DNA from: an uncultured Muribaculaceae bacterium
Lineage (GTDB): Bacteria; Bacillota_I; Bacilli_A; RF39; UBA660
DNA length: 54,493 nucleotides
NCBI GenBank assembly: GCA_964549115.1
Contig: CAZJTX010000001.1
Coordinates: 1-54,493 of the forward strand
Direction of reading: 5' to 3'
The position numbers and the translations under genes were made by a program. The notes below the pieces were generated by a model. The model was given only the letters and a program-made list of their open reading frames with translations. It searched no databases and was not told the origin of the DNA. Below, piece after piece: positions 1-10,019 of the stretch (its first letter is position 1; each line of letters starts with the position of its first letter).

Positions 1-670
1 TTACTATATATTCTTCATTATTATATTTAAACGTAGTATCAACTGTATCTCTGGTCGTACCTGCCTCTTTATTAATTAATACCCTTTCTTCATTTAAAAG
101 AGCATTAACCAAACTGCTCTTACCAACGTTTGGTCTTCCTAAAAATGAAAACGAAATATTTTTAGATTCTTTAGGCTCAATTTCTTTCATATTTTTAGTT
201 ATATCATTTAATAACTTATCAAAGCCCAAATTATGTTCAGCACTAACTGGAAACATTTTTTCAAAACCAAGTTCATAAAAATCATATATGTTTGATTCTC
301 TTTTAGGATTATCAATTTTATTAATAACTAAGTATACGTTTTTTTTAGTTTTATGTAATAAATCTTTTATATATATATCAGTACTGTCTATACCAACTTT
401 TCCATCAACAATAAAAAGAATTATATCGGCTTCGTCTATTGCAATAGATGCTTGAACTAATATGTTTTCATTTAATTTGTCATCATCAAATGTTATACCG
501 CCTGTATCTATTACTCTAAAAGTTTTATCATTATAAGTACTTATTCCATACAAACGATCTCTAGTTACTCCCGGAGTATCTAAAATTATCGATTTTCTTT
601 CTTTAATTAAACGATTAAATATAGTAGATTTACCTACATTGGGTTTTCCTATTAAACATATAGTTTCCAT
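1..670 (-). CDS. der: GTPase Der/EngA, N-terminal part (3' end runs off the window start)
   Basis: ATG at 670-668 preceded by AGGAGG. My translation is METICLIGKPNVGKSTIFNRL...DTPGVTRD...DTGG...NKID, then a second G-domain P-loop LGRPNVGKSSLVNAL...AGTTRD. Two tandem GTPase domains are diagnostic of Der. Not in the ORF track because it is open at the window edge. Confidence 0.9.
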   Translation of the reverse strand, partial: METICLIGKPNVGKSTIFNRLIKERKSIILDTPGVTRDRLYGISTYNDKTFRVIDTGGITFDDDKLNENILVQASIAIDEADIILFIVDGKVGIDSTDIYIKDLLHKTKKNVYLVINKIDNPKRESNIYDFYELGFEKMFPVSAEHNLGFDKLLNDITKNMKEIEPKESKNISFSFLGRPNVGKSSLVNALLNEERVLINKEAGTTRDTVDTTFKYNNEEYIV

Positions 671-677
671 AAACCTC

Positions 678-1250
678 CTATAACTGTTCGCTTATTATAT
701 TATGTATTTCTTCTTTTCCTCTTTTTGTTATTGTAGAAAAAGATATAAAGTTTTCTATTCCTAATGTATCTTTAATTAGTTTGTCTTGTTTTTCTCTACC
801 ACTTTTTTTAACTTTATCAAACTTCGTAGCTACTACCACTACATCTTTATTATAATGTTTCAAGTACTCATACATTAAAACATCATCTTCACTAGGTTTA
901 TGTCTGTAATCAACTAACATAAATACTTTGGATAAATTTTTTCTTGTTTTCAAATAATCTTCAATCATTAAGCCAAACTTTTTATGTTCTTGTTTACTTA
1001 CTTTAGCATATCCATATCCGGGAACATCAACCAAATAAAACAAATCGTTAATTAAGTAAAAATTTAATGTTTGAGTTCTTCCAGGTTTAGAAGAAGTCCT
1101 AGCCATGTTTTTTCTTTCTATTATCGTATTAATAAAACTACTTTTACCAACATTACTTCTTCCTACAAGTAAAAACTCTTTTTTAGAGTCTTCCGGATAC
1201 TGACTAATTCTCACTGCTATAACAGGTTCTAAAACCTTATTAATTTGCAT
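678..1250 (-). CDS. engB: Ribosome biogenesis GTP-binding protein YihA/YsxC (EngB)
   Basis: 190 aa with P-loop GRSNVGKSSFIN, DVPGYGYA and TKFDK motifs. Size is typical of EngB. Confidence 0.88.
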   Translation of the reverse strand: MQINKVLEPVIAVRISQYPEDSKKEFLLVGRSNVGKSSFINTIIERKNMARTSSKPGRTQTLNFYLINDLFYLVDVPGYGYAKVSKQEHKKFGLMIEDYLKTRKNLSKVFMLVDYRHKPSEDDVLMYEYLKHYNKDVVVVATKFDKVKKSGREKQDKLIKDTLGIENFISFSTITKRGKEEIHNIISEQL

Positions 1251-1300
1251 AATTCAATCACCGTTATAATTATACCTTAAAAATAGATTAAATACCAAAA

Positions 1301-2302
1301 TTATATGCTTATTGTATTAAATTTAATATCAGTATCCATTGGTATTGCATAAAGGAAAGAATTAAATTCATCAATAAAATCTTCTTTTGTTGTTTCAAAA
1401 GAACCTTTTGCATAATCTCTAACATCATTACCACTTATATGCATAATACCAGGTAAATTTTGTGCCATTTCATAATTACATATTTTAGGTATGTAGTACT
1501 TTATATCCACAGTGGCGTCATCATAATTAATTTCCATTGTTGTAGCATGGCCTAAATCTCTTATCATAACTATTATTTTATTATTTAAACTTATTACATG
1601 GGCAAGTGATTTGAATGAACTAAACTTTGGAGAATTATACATAATATTGTATATAGCTTCATATATTTTATTGGAAAATTTCGTTTCTTTTCCAAAATAT
1701 TCGACCCCCTGCCAAGGACCTTCCTCTATAAAGGAAGTTTTAGGATCAGTTCCTTTCGTTATTAAAGGCATTCTATCAAATAACCTTTCATTATTTAAAG
1801 TGGCAAAATGATGTAAGTGTAGTAGTTCATTTAAAGTAATTGGTTTCATTACTCCTACCCCACTCATTAAGTAATATCCCATATATCCTTTAGAAACAGA
1901 TTCGACAAAATCTTCTCTCATACTTGATATGTGTTTTTCAAACAATGTTTTAGTAACATTAAGATTCCCATAATTTCTAACTACATCTCTTTCAATAGTT
2001 AAAAACAATTCTTCCATTTCAACTTTCGTAAAAACCTCTAATCCAAAATCATCCAGCATATTATTAAAAGTTCTCTTTAATAAATCAAGATATTTTAAAA
2101 ACATATCGCTATATTGCATAGAAACAGCTACACTTGAAAAATATTCTTCATTCGGAGCCATTTTATGCAAAGTCTCTTTAATAAAGATATTATTATTTAA
2201 CATTTTTTCTAATTTTAATAATTTCTCATTACTTTTCATATCAATAGTTTCATTATAATAAATTATCTTTAATTTGAAAAGGTCACTATAACTTTTAGAC
2301 AC
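1301..2302 (-). CDS. Hypothetical protein, 333 aa, no family recognised
   Basis: Long ORF in the dominant gene orientation. The only competing ORF is a short antisense one. No recognisable catalytic motif, signal peptide or TM segment. Confidence 0.6.
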   Translation of the reverse strand: MSKSYSDLFKLKIIYYNETIDMKSNEKLLKLEKMLNNNIFIKETLHKMAPNEEYFSSVAVSMQYSDMFLKYLDLLKRTFNNMLDDFGLEVFTKVEMEELFLTIERDVVRNYGNLNVTKTLFEKHISSMREDFVESVSKGYMGYYLMSGVGVMKPITLNELLHLHHFATLNNERLFDRMPLITKGTDPKTSFIEEGPWQGVEYFGKETKFSNKIYEAIYNIMYNSPKFSSFKSLAHVISLNNKIIVMIRDLGHATTMEINYDDATVDIKYYIPKICNYEMAQNLPGIMHISGNDVRDYAKGSFETTKEDFIDEFNSFLYAIPMDTDIKFNTISI

Positions 2303-2364
2303 TTTTAAATGCTTGATTATTGTAGTAGTTTTTGATAAAATAACAAAGACGAGGAGGAGAACAC

Positions 2365-2628
2365 ATGGCTAATTTAAAAAGTGCTAAAAAGGCAATGAAA
2401 AGTAGCAAAAAGAAATCAATCCAAAATAACGAAACTAAAAAAAGAGTTGTAAACATTATTAAAAATTTGGAAAAAGCTATTAATCAAAACGATAAAGACA
2501 AAGCTACTGAGTTATTAAAAGATTTTCAAAAATATGCTGATAAAGCTGTTGCAAAAGGTTTAATGAATAAAAACACAATAAACCGTCAGAAGTCTCGTTT
2601 AAATAATAAAGTTAAAAATATGAAGTAA
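2365..2628 (+). CDS. rpsT: 30S ribosomal protein S20
   Basis: MANLKSAKKA... N-terminus, 87 aa, highly basic, GAGGAGGAG RBS upstream. Confidence 0.95.
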   Translation: MANLKSAKKAMKSSKKKSIQNNETKKRVVNIIKNLEKAINQNDKDKATELLKDFQKYADKAVAKGLMNKNTINRQKSRLNNKVKNMK

Positions 2629-2650
2629 GTTGTCTACTTACTTTTTTTTT
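2623..2650 (+). terminator. Intrinsic terminator of rpsT
   Basis: Stem AAGTAAGT / ACTTACTT with loop TGTCT, followed by a T-run. The stop codon lies in the stem. Confidence 0.6.
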
Positions 2651-2673
2651 GGTATTATTTATATGGTGATACA

Positions 2674-3648
2674 TTGATAAAAATACTAAATAGATTATTA
2701 GTTTATTCAATATTATTTATATCTCTTTTTTATTACAATAATATATCTAATTTTATTACAAATAAAATCATTCAAAAAGAACCTCCTATTGTTGAGGTTA
2801 CGAGTAGTTATAAAAAAGAAGATTTAGTTTCTTTTGTTTCAAATGTTGATTCGTTTATTCCCTATTCATATCAAGATTTATTAAATATAATATATACTAC
2901 TATGAATAATGGATGGACTAACTTTACCTTTTATTGTGCTCATCAATATGAAGAATGTATTAATGATGCGATTAAAATTAGTAAAGATGATTTATTACTT
3001 TCTCATATTAATAATTTTGTTCATCCATTTAACGGCTATTCAAATGTTAAATTAGTTATAGCAGATTCTGGGGAAATTAATATTCAAATTGATTATGTTT
3101 ATGATCAAGAAATGATTTTAAAAATCGATTCAAGAGTAGACGAAATCATCTCGGAAATTATACGAGATGATATGAAAGATTATGATAAACTAAAGACAGT
3201 ACATGATTATATTATTAATAATGCTAAATATGATGTTGATAAATTACCAAATGAAACATCAGAACACAATTCTGAAATTGCATACGGACCTTTATTTAAT
3301 GGTTTAGCCAACTGTAGTGGATATAGCGACTTAGCTGGTGTATTTTTGGATAAACTAGGTTTCAAAAATTTTAAAGTGTCTGTATTAGCCCATGAAATGA
3401 AAAACTCGGATGTTGGTCATGTATGGAATGTTATATATTATGATAACAAATGGGTCCATATGGATATAACTTGGGATGATCCAGTTGATCCAGAAGGAAG
3501 AGATCGTTTAGAACATAATTACTTTTTATTAACGAGTAAAGAACTAGAAACACTAGATAAAACATTAAAAGAAAAACATGAAGATAGTAATCTTCTTGGA
3601 GATGAACATAAATTTAATAAATACATTTATTTCGATATACTAAACTGA
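2674..3648 (+). CDS. Transglutaminase-like cysteine peptidase domain protein, N-terminally membrane anchored
   Basis: N-terminal hydrophobic segment. Core motifs NCSGYSDLAGVF (Cys), GHVWNVIYY (His) and HMDITWDD (Asp) match the transglutaminase-core Cys-His-Asp arrangement. Starts at TTG. Confidence 0.75.
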   Translation: MIKILNRLLVYSILFISLFYYNNISNFITNKIIQKEPPIVEVTSSYKKEDLVSFVSNVDSFIPYSYQDLLNIIYTTMNNGWTNFTFYCAHQYEECINDAIKISKDDLLLSHINNFVHPFNGYSNVKLVIADSGEINIQIDYVYDQEMILKIDSRVDEIISEIIRDDMKDYDKLKTVHDYIINNAKYDVDKLPNETSEHNSEIAYGPLFNGLANCSGYSDLAGVFLDKLGFKNFKVSVLAHEMKNSDVGHVWNVIYYDNKWVHMDITWDDPVDPEGRDRLEHNYFLLTSKELETLDKTLKEKHEDSNLLGDEHKFNKYIYFDILN

Positions 3649-3669
3649 GATTAATTAATCTCAGTTTTT
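3642..3669. terminator. Bidirectional hairpin between convergent genes
   Basis: Perfect palindrome AAACTGAGATTAATTAATCTCAGTTT flanked by A/T runs, between the transglutaminase-like gene (+) and miaA (-). It overlaps both stop codons. Confidence 0.6.
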
Positions 3670-4397
3670 ATATAGTCTTCTATTTCTTTTATTGTGTTAG
3701 TTATGTTATCAAAATCAACATCAAACCACTTGATGTTCATTTTATTATTAAACCAAGTAAATTGTCTTTTAGCATATTTTCTACTGTTTTTTCTTATCAA
3801 ATCTAATGCTTCTTCTTTAGTTAATTCACCTTCTATATATTTAAATAATTCTTTATAACCTATTGCGGTGTTTAGAATCCTACTAGTATCTTTATATTTA
3901 TGTAACGATTTAACTTCTTCTATTAAACCTGATTCAACCATTACATCTACTCTTTTATTTATTCTTTCATATAAATTATCTCTATTTGTTTTTAAACCAA
4001 TAAATATTACGTTATATAACAAATCATTTTCTTCTTCCTTCAATTTAGAGCGGTCATTATTTTCTTGACTAAAAGTATAATTATATAAACCCGCTTTTAA
4101 ATATAATCCAGTACCCCCTACTATTATAAAGTTTTTGTCTTTATTATTATCTATAATATTTCTTAAATCTTTTTGGTATAAATAAGCATTATATTTATCA
4201 TTAATATCAACGATATCAAATAAATGATGTTTCTTTCTTGAAATTTCATCTTTTCTCGGTTTTGCACTTCCAATATTTAAATCTTTATAAACTTGGGTTG
4301 CGTCACAATTTATAACTTCTGCATCTAATCTTTCACTTAATGTTTCACTAACAAAGGTTTTACCCACTCCTGTAGGTCCTACAATTGCAATAATCAC
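3651..4397 (-). CDS. miaA: tRNA dimethylallyltransferase, short form (248 aa)
   Basis: MIIAIVGPTGVGKT P-loop, then INCDATQVYKDLNIGSAKP and GGTGLY motifs typical of MiaA. Confidence 0.85.
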   Translation of the reverse strand: MIIAIVGPTGVGKTFVSETLSERLDAEVINCDATQVYKDLNIGSAKPRKDEISRKKHHLFDIVDINDKYNAYLYQKDLRNIIDNNKDKNFIIVGGTGLYLKAGLYNYTFSQENNDRSKLKEEENDLLYNVIFIGLKTNRDNLYERINKRVDVMVESGLIEEVKSLHKYKDTSRILNTAIGYKELFKYIEGELTKEEALDLIRKNSRKYAKRQFTWFNNKMNIKWFDVDFDNITNTIKEIEDYIKTEIN

Positions 4398-4464
4398 TTA
4401 TATCACCAACTTTATTATAGTATACTATCTTGTATTAAACAATTTAGTTTGTTATATTATCGGT

Positions 4465-5574
4465 ATGAAATCAATTGGAATTATTTGTGAATTTAACCCA
4501 TTTCATAATGGTCATTTATATTTTATAAATCAAATAAAAAAAATGTATCCCGATTACATTATTATTTTAATATTAAACGGATACTTTTTAGAACGTGGAG
4601 AGATTTCAATTATTTGTAAAGAAAATAAAACAAAAATATCTCTTAACCACGGAATTGATATTGTTGTTGAACTACCCTTTATTTACGGAACTCAAAGTGC
4701 CGACATATTTAGTGAAGCATCTGTTAAACTATTAAATTATTTAAATGTTGAAAAAATAATATTCGGAAGTGAAAGTAATGATATTTCTCTTTTAGAAAAT
4801 GTGGCTAAAGAACACTTAAACAATAAGACTTTTCACAAACTTGTTAAAACCAATTTAAAAAAAGGTTACAGCTATCCTAAATCCGTTGGATTAGCTAGTA
4901 AGTCAAATATAAAAAACCCTAATGATATATTAGGTGTTACTTATATAAAAAGTATATTAAAAAATAAATACAAAATTAAATATGAAACTATTAAAAGAAC
5001 AAGTGATTTTCATGATAATGAAAGTAATAACAATATTGTAAGTGCATCTAATATAAGAGATAAGATAAACAACAATGAAAAGATTGATAAATATATTCCA
5101 AAAGGAGTTAAAAAATATATTACATCTATTAATTATGATTTATTATTTGACCTTTTAAAATTAAAAATAATTACAGATCACAACTTAAATAAATATGTGG
5201 GGGTAAATGAAGGATTAGAATTTAGAATAAAAAAACACATTAATAAAGTTGATAATTATAATGATTTGGTAAAAGCGGTAACAACTAAAAGATACACCCA
5301 AAATAATATAAATAGAACATTTACTCACATATTATGTGGATTGTTAAAAAAAGATTTGAAAAAAATAAAATTTGATTATATTAAAGTACTTGGATTTAAT
5401 AATAATGGTAAATCTTATTTAAATAAAATAAAAAAAGAAATTAAGGCACCTTTAATCGTGGATAAAAAATCTAAAATATATGATTATGAGCTTAAGGCTT
5501 CATTGATATATGATCAGCTTACTAATGGTAAATCATATAAGTTTGAACACAATAACAAACCAATCATAAAATAA
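4465..5574 (+). CDS. tmcAL: tRNA(Met) cytidine acetate ligase / YlbM-type nucleotidyltransferase
   Basis: GIICEFNPFHNGHLYFI N-terminus (HxGH-type nucleotidyltransferase of the UPF0348/YlbM family), about 370 aa. Confidence 0.8.
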   Translation: MKSIGIICEFNPFHNGHLYFINQIKKMYPDYIIILILNGYFLERGEISIICKENKTKISLNHGIDIVVELPFIYGTQSADIFSEASVKLLNYLNVEKIIFGSESNDISLLENVAKEHLNNKTFHKLVKTNLKKGYSYPKSVGLASKSNIKNPNDILGVTYIKSILKNKYKIKYETIKRTSDFHDNESNNNIVSASNIRDKINNNEKIDKYIPKGVKKYITSINYDLLFDLLKLKIITDHNLNKYVGVNEGLEFRIKKHINKVDNYNDLVKAVTTKRYTQNNINRTFTHILCGLLKKDLKKIKFDYIKVLGFNNNGKSYLNKIKKEIKAPLIVDKKSKIYDYELKASLIYDQLTNGKSYKFEHNNKPIIK

Positions 5575-5616
5575 AACTCAATATATTATATTGAGTTTTC
5601 ATTTGTTCTAATATAG

Positions 5617-5693
5617 TGGAGTCCTCGGAGGGATTTGAACCCCCGACCTAATGCATCGGAAGCATTCACTCTATCCAGCTGAGCTACGAGGAC
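5617..5693 (-). tRNA. tRNA-Arg, anticodon CCG, CCA encoded
   Basis: The reverse complement folds by hand into a cloverleaf: GTCCTCG TA GCTC AGCTGGATA GAGT G AATGC TTCCGAT GCATT AGGTC GGGGG TTCAAAT CCCTC CGAGGAC T CCA. The 7-nt anticodon loop TTCCGAT gives anticodon CCG. Confidence 0.9.
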
Positions 5694-5696
5694 TTA

Positions 5697-6752
5697 TTAG
5701 AATAATCTTATAATATCGTTTATTGAAACATAAATCATTAATATCATTAATAATATGAAACCAACTATATGGAAAATATTTTCTAGCTTTGGGTCAATTG
5801 GTTTTCTTCTTACTTTTTCTATGATTAAAAACAATATTCTTCCTCCATCAAAAGCTGGAAAAGGAAGTATGTTAATGAATCCAACATTAATAGATAAAAA
5901 TGCTACTAAATATAAAATATTAGCTATACCATATACTTTAGTACTATCTACAATTTTATACATTCCAACTGGACCGGCTAATGACTTAACACCTATTTTT
6001 CCTGTTATTAAACCATATATAGTTAAATACATTGAATCTAAAACATCAAACAATTTTTTAAAAGAGTATTTAAATGACGATTTAAACCCTTTCATGTTTT
6101 TAACCTCTAGCCCAATTCCAAATGTAAGAACTTGTTCACCATCTTCGTTTTTTTCTTTTTTAGGCGTTATTTTATGAACTTGTTTATTACCTTCTTTATC
6201 CATTATTTCAAAATTATAATGTTTGTTTTTGTTTTTCATATGTAATACTAACTGCGCTTTATCCCAACTTTTTACTTTGATACCATTTATTTTAGTAATC
6301 TTATCCCCTTTTTGCACTCCTGCCGCGTGAAAAGGATAATCTTTCATTACTTTTTCTACATTTGTAGTTATTAAAGAACCACCCCAAATTAATCCCATTG
6401 TAAACAAGACTATTATTGCTAATATAAAATTATTCACAACACCAGCTACTAATATAATTAATCTTTGATACCATTTTTTATTGCACATTAAACGACTTTT
6501 ATCTATTTTGTTTTCATCATCATCGTCTAATACTTCACCAGCCATGCTAACGAATCCCCCAATTGGAATAGCCCTAATATTATATTTAATATTATCCTTT
6601 CCTAATTTAGAAAATAAGACTGGTCCCATTCCTAATGAAAATTCATATATATGTACGTCAAATTTCTTAGCCCATAAAAAATGTCCTAATTCATGAACCA
6701 AAATAATTATGCCTAATATAAAAATTAATAATAATAACGATCCTATACTCAT
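5697..6752 (-). CDS. rseP: Site-2 (M50) zinc metalloprotease RseP/RasP with PDZ domain
   Basis: HELGHFLWAK HExxH in the first TM region, central PDZ-like segment (GDKITKINGIKV), C-terminal LNILPFPAFDGG motif. Confidence 0.88.
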   Translation of the reverse strand: MSIGSLLLLIFILGIIILVHELGHFLWAKKFDVHIYEFSLGMGPVLFSKLGKDNIKYNIRAIPIGGFVSMAGEVLDDDDENKIDKSRLMCNKKWYQRLIILVAGVVNNFILAIIVLFTMGLIWGGSLITTNVEKVMKDYPFHAAGVQKGDKITKINGIKVKSWDKAQLVLHMKNKNKHYNFEIMDKEGNKQVHKITPKKEKNEDGEQVLTFGIGLEVKNMKGFKSSFKYSFKKLFDVLDSMYLTIYGLITGKIGVKSLAGPVGMYKIVDSTKVYGIANILYLVAFLSINVGFINILPFPAFDGGRILFLIIEKVRRKPIDPKLENIFHIVGFILLMILMIYVSINDIIRLF

Positions 6753-6761
6753 GTTTCTCCT

Positions 6762-7544
6762 TTATAAAAATACTTTTAAAATCATATAAAATATTGATAC
6801 TAATAATATACTATCTAAACGATCTAATATTCCACCATGACCTGGCATTATATTAGAAAAGTCTTTTATTTTATGTTCTCTTTTTATTTTACTAAATAAT
6901 AAATCCCCAATTTGAGATATTGCTGCAAGGAGTGCTGTAACCAAAAATAAATTCAAGGTAAAGTCCCCTATTAAATTAATATAAATAATTATTGGGACGA
7001 TTAATGCTATTAAAAAACCGCCAACACTACCTTCTATAGTTTTATTTGGACTAATCGAAGGAATTAATTTATTTCTTCCAATTAACATTCCGAATAACAT
7101 TGCAAAAGTATCCCCTAATATAGTTATGGCAAACAAATAAATTAAAATTAACATATCTGTTCTTATAAACAATAAAGAATTAAATCCTAATCCTAAGAAA
7201 ATAATTATTCCATATAAATAAAACATTGTTTCAGTTTTATATTTATTTTTATAAAATATAGTTGGAACAAATAACAATATTATTGGTATTAATAAACGAT
7301 AATAACTAATATCTAAAAACAAATCATTATCATAGTTAGCAAACACTATTAATAATAACGATATACCTCCTAATATTTTAACTAAAAGAGGTGTATTCTT
7401 ATCTATTTTTTTTAAAGTTATTATTTCTTTATATCCAAGCAAAGCTAAAACTCCAATAAATATAGCAAAATATTGGCCTCCTAATAATATTAGTGGTATT
7501 GTTATAGCAAAAGCTATAATCGCACTTATAATTCTTGTTTTCAT
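6762..7544 (-). CDS. cdsA: Phosphatidate cytidylyltransferase
   Basis: Polytopic membrane protein with the C-terminal CdsA signature SKIKREHKIKDFSNIMPGHGGILDRLDS. Confidence 0.88.
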   Translation of the reverse strand: MKTRIISAIIAFAITIPLILLGGQYFAIFIGVLALLGYKEIITLKKIDKNTPLLVKILGGISLLLIVFANYDNDLFLDISYYRLLIPIILLFVPTIFYKNKYKTETMFYLYGIIIFLGLGFNSLLFIRTDMLILIYLFAITILGDTFAMLFGMLIGRNKLIPSISPNKTIEGSVGGFLIALIVPIIIYINLIGDFTLNLFLVTALLAAISQIGDLLFSKIKREHKIKDFSNIMPGHGGILDRLDSILLVSIFYMILKVFL

Positions 7545-7614
7545 ATTACTCCCTTTAATTAGTATAATACTATTTACGTTTAAAATAAAGAAAAATGAAG
7601 TTTTGCTTCATTTT

Positions 7615-8040
7615 TTATAAAAGTTCATCAAATTTTTCTATTTCGTCTAGACTATCCTCAACGACATTCCTAAACCTTTTCTTAAAAACTGCAACCTTTC
7701 TTCTTAATGATTCTGCTTCCATTTCTATTCTATCAGCTTTTATTAATGCTGTATTAACTATTTTTGAAGCATTTCTTTTAGCATCTTCTATTATTACTCT
7801 GGATTCATCAAATGCTACTTTCCGGATAGTATTACTAGATTCTTCAGCTATTAAAATTGCTCTATTTAAAGTGTTTTCCAAATTCTTATATTTCTCTAAC
7901 TCTTTTAATAATAAAGCATTATTATTATCACATTCTTTTAATTTAGATAATAAAACATCATATTCAGATATTATATCTGATATGAATTTATTAACTTCTT
8001 TTTTTGAATAACCTGGAATACTAGTTCTAAACTTATCCAT
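7615..8040 (-). CDS. divIVA: DivIVA domain cell-division/polarity protein
   Basis: The N-terminal F..SIPGYSKKEVNKFISDI motif and following coiled coil are typical of DivIVA. It lies downstream of sepF, as in other Firmicutes. Confidence 0.75.
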   Translation of the reverse strand: MDKFRTSIPGYSKKEVNKFISDIISEYDVLLSKLKECDNNNALLLKELEKYKNLENTLNRAILIAEESSNTIRKVAFDESRVIIEDAKRNASKIVNTALIKADRIEMEAESLRRKVAVFKKRFRNVVEDSLDEIEKFDELL

Positions 8041-8049
8041 TTTTCTCCT

Positions 8050-8457
8050 TTACCAGTTTAATTCATCTTCTACGCTTTTTGTAGTTCCCTTTTCACCATC
8101 TTCGGTTATTTTACCTTGAACATTAACATTTTTAGGAGCGCAAATGTATATACCTACTCCAATTTTTTGCATAGAACCACCAATTGAATATATGGTACCG
8201 CTCAAAAAATCTATAATTCTCTTTGCTTGATCTGTAGTTACTCTTTTTAAATTTACAACCACACTATTTCTGCTTTTTAAATGATCAGCTATTTGTTGTG
8301 CTTCTGAAAATGCTCTTGGTTCAACCAAAATCATTTTATTACCACACTTTTCGCCCTCTTTTAATGATTCTTCTTCACTTATATTATAGTATTCATCTTC
8401 TGTTCCAGTTAAATTATCATCATCATCTTTAAACCATTTTTTAAAATTAAAGGCCAT
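8050..8457 (-). CDS. sepF: Cell division protein SepF
   Basis: 135 aa. The C-terminal domain (PRAFSEAQQIADHLKSRNSVVVNL...AKRIIDFLSGTIYSIGGSMQKIG) matches the SepF/DUF552 core. Confidence 0.82.
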   Translation of the reverse strand: MAFNFKKWFKDDDDNLTGTEDEYYNISEEESLKEGEKCGNKMILVEPRAFSEAQQIADHLKSRNSVVVNLKRVTTDQAKRIIDFLSGTIYSIGGSMQKIGVGIYICAPKNVNVQGKITEDGEKGTTKSVEDELNW

Positions 8458-8523
8458 ATCACATACCTCCTACTCTTTTACTCTTTAATAATAACAAATA
8501 TATTATTAACTTTCAACACTTTA

Positions 8524-9243
8524 CTATGTTGTTTCCTTGTCCATTATAATTGTTACATCAGGATGTAATAACAATATAGAAGCCGGAATTTCTGTATTTA
8601 TTGTTTTCATGTTTAATAATTTTTTCATGATTCTTTTTTTAGTAGATCCACTTGCCATTAATATTATTTTCTTTGCTTTTAAAATACTCCCCATTCCCAT
8701 ACTTATAGCATGTGTTGGAACTTCGTCCTTATTTTCGAAAAACCTAGAGTTAGCTTTAAGAGTGGCTTCTGCTAATTCAACTACAGATGTATGTAAATTT
8801 AATTCCAAGTCTGGTTCATTAAATGCTATGTGACCATTTGTACCGATTCCTAATATTTGAACATCAATCCCACCATTTAAATCTATTAAATTATCATACT
8901 GAACACATTGTTTATATAAATTTTTCGCAACTCCATCTGGAATATGAACATTTTCCGGTTTTATATTAATGTGATTAAACAATGTATCATACATAAAATA
9001 ATTATAACTGTTCTTATGATCTGTACATAAACCCACATACTCATCTAAATTGAATGTTGTAACGTTGCTAAAATCGACTTCTTTCTTTTTATTCATTTTT
9101 ATTAATTCTTCATATAACCCCATAGGAGTACTACCTGTAGCTAAACCTAAGACTAAATTTGGATTATTGTTTATTTCCTTTTTTAGTATTTTAGCTACTT
9201 CTTTACTTAATGATTTATAATCTTTTTTTATTATAACTTTCAT
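8524..9243 (-). CDS. nagB: Glucosamine-6-phosphate deaminase
   Basis: LGLATGSTPMGLY, FNLDEYVG and GIGTNGHIAFNEP motifs; 239 aa. Confidence 0.9.
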   Translation of the reverse strand: MKVIIKKDYKSLSKEVAKILKKEINNNPNLVLGLATGSTPMGLYEELIKMNKKKEVDFSNVTTFNLDEYVGLCTDHKNSYNYFMYDTLFNHINIKPENVHIPDGVAKNLYKQCVQYDNLIDLNGGIDVQILGIGTNGHIAFNEPDLELNLHTSVVELAEATLKANSRFFENKDEVPTHAISMGMGSILKAKKIILMASGSTKKRIMKKLLNMKTINTEIPASILLLHPDVTIIMDKETT

Positions 9244-9270
9244 ATTACCTCCTTGAAATTTTATAATATA

Positions 9271-10011
9271 TTATTCAACATCTAAATTAATTATATTGTC
9301 TAAAAATGTTTTACTCTTTAAATATATACCAGTATATTTTTCATAATAATTAGATAAAAATAAATTAATTTCCGTTTTAAGATCATCTCCTAAATTTAAT
9401 TTTTCTATTTTTCTTATATCTAATTCTATAAACAATTGCAATAATCTATACACTTTTGGATCCACAATTTTTTGATTGGTAATACATTTTTTACAAATTA
9501 AACCGCCATTGGTGGAATCTAACGTCACAATATCTTCTTCTTCACTACACAAAGCACAATTATGTAAATTTAATTCAACGCCAAGGTAAGATAAATATTT
9601 AGCTTCTATTATATTTGTAATCACTAAAGGATCAAATCCTTCTTCTAATTTTAATAACGAATTAATAAACAAATCATATATCTCATCATTCTTGTTGTCT
9701 CTTATTACTTGATTAGTTAAATCACTTATATATGTTAAATAACTAATCAATGTTAAATCTTTTTTAATATTAACAAAAGGATTTATAACGTCAATTGCAA
9801 CTAAAGTAGATAACTTATCTGCTTTATAATATATATTAAAAGAGCCATAAGTAAACCTCATAGCAACTGATCTAAATGGTGATTTAATTCGCTTAGCACC
9901 TTTCGCCATTATGCCAATTAAACCATATTCTTTAGTGAAAACATTTAATATTTTTGAGCTCTCACTATACGATGTTTCGTTTAATATAAAACCTTCTACT
10001 TTTTTTAACAT
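9271..10011 (-). CDS. recO: DNA repair protein RecO
   Basis: OB-fold N-terminus and a CxxC...CxxC zinc motif (CALCSEEE...CKKC). Conserved era-recO synteny. Confidence 0.82.
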   Translation of the reverse strand: MLKKVEGFILNETSYSESSKILNVFTKEYGLIGIMAKGAKRIKSPFRSVAMRFTYGSFNIYYKADKLSTLVAIDVINPFVNIKKDLTLISYLTYISDLTNQVIRDNKNDEIYDLFINSLLKLEEGFDPLVITNIIEAKYLSYLGVELNLHNCALCSEEEDIVTLDSTNGGLICKKCITNQKIVDPKVYRLLQLFIELDIRKIEKLNLGDDLKTEINLFLSNYYEKYTGIYLKSKTFLDNIINLDVE

Positions 10012-10019
10012 ATTATCTT

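Noticed and set aside
1611-1811. 66-aa plus-strand ORF inside the 333-aa minus-strand ORF
   Set aside because: Short antisense shadow ORF with low-complexity composition and no RBS. It is wholly contained in a longer ORF in the dominant orientation.
5755-6177. 140-aa plus-strand ORF (and 6481..6696) antisense to rseP
   Set aside because: rseP has unambiguous M50 protease motifs on the minus strand. The antisense frames stay open only because the AT-rich sequence lacks stops there.
7595-8011. 138-aa plus-strand ORF overlapping the DivIVA-like gene
   Set aside because: The Ser/Phe/Leu-rich low-complexity translation is typical of the reverse frame of a Lys/Glu-rich coiled-coil gene. The minus-strand product has a recognisable DivIVA N-terminal motif and fits the sepF-divIVA synteny.
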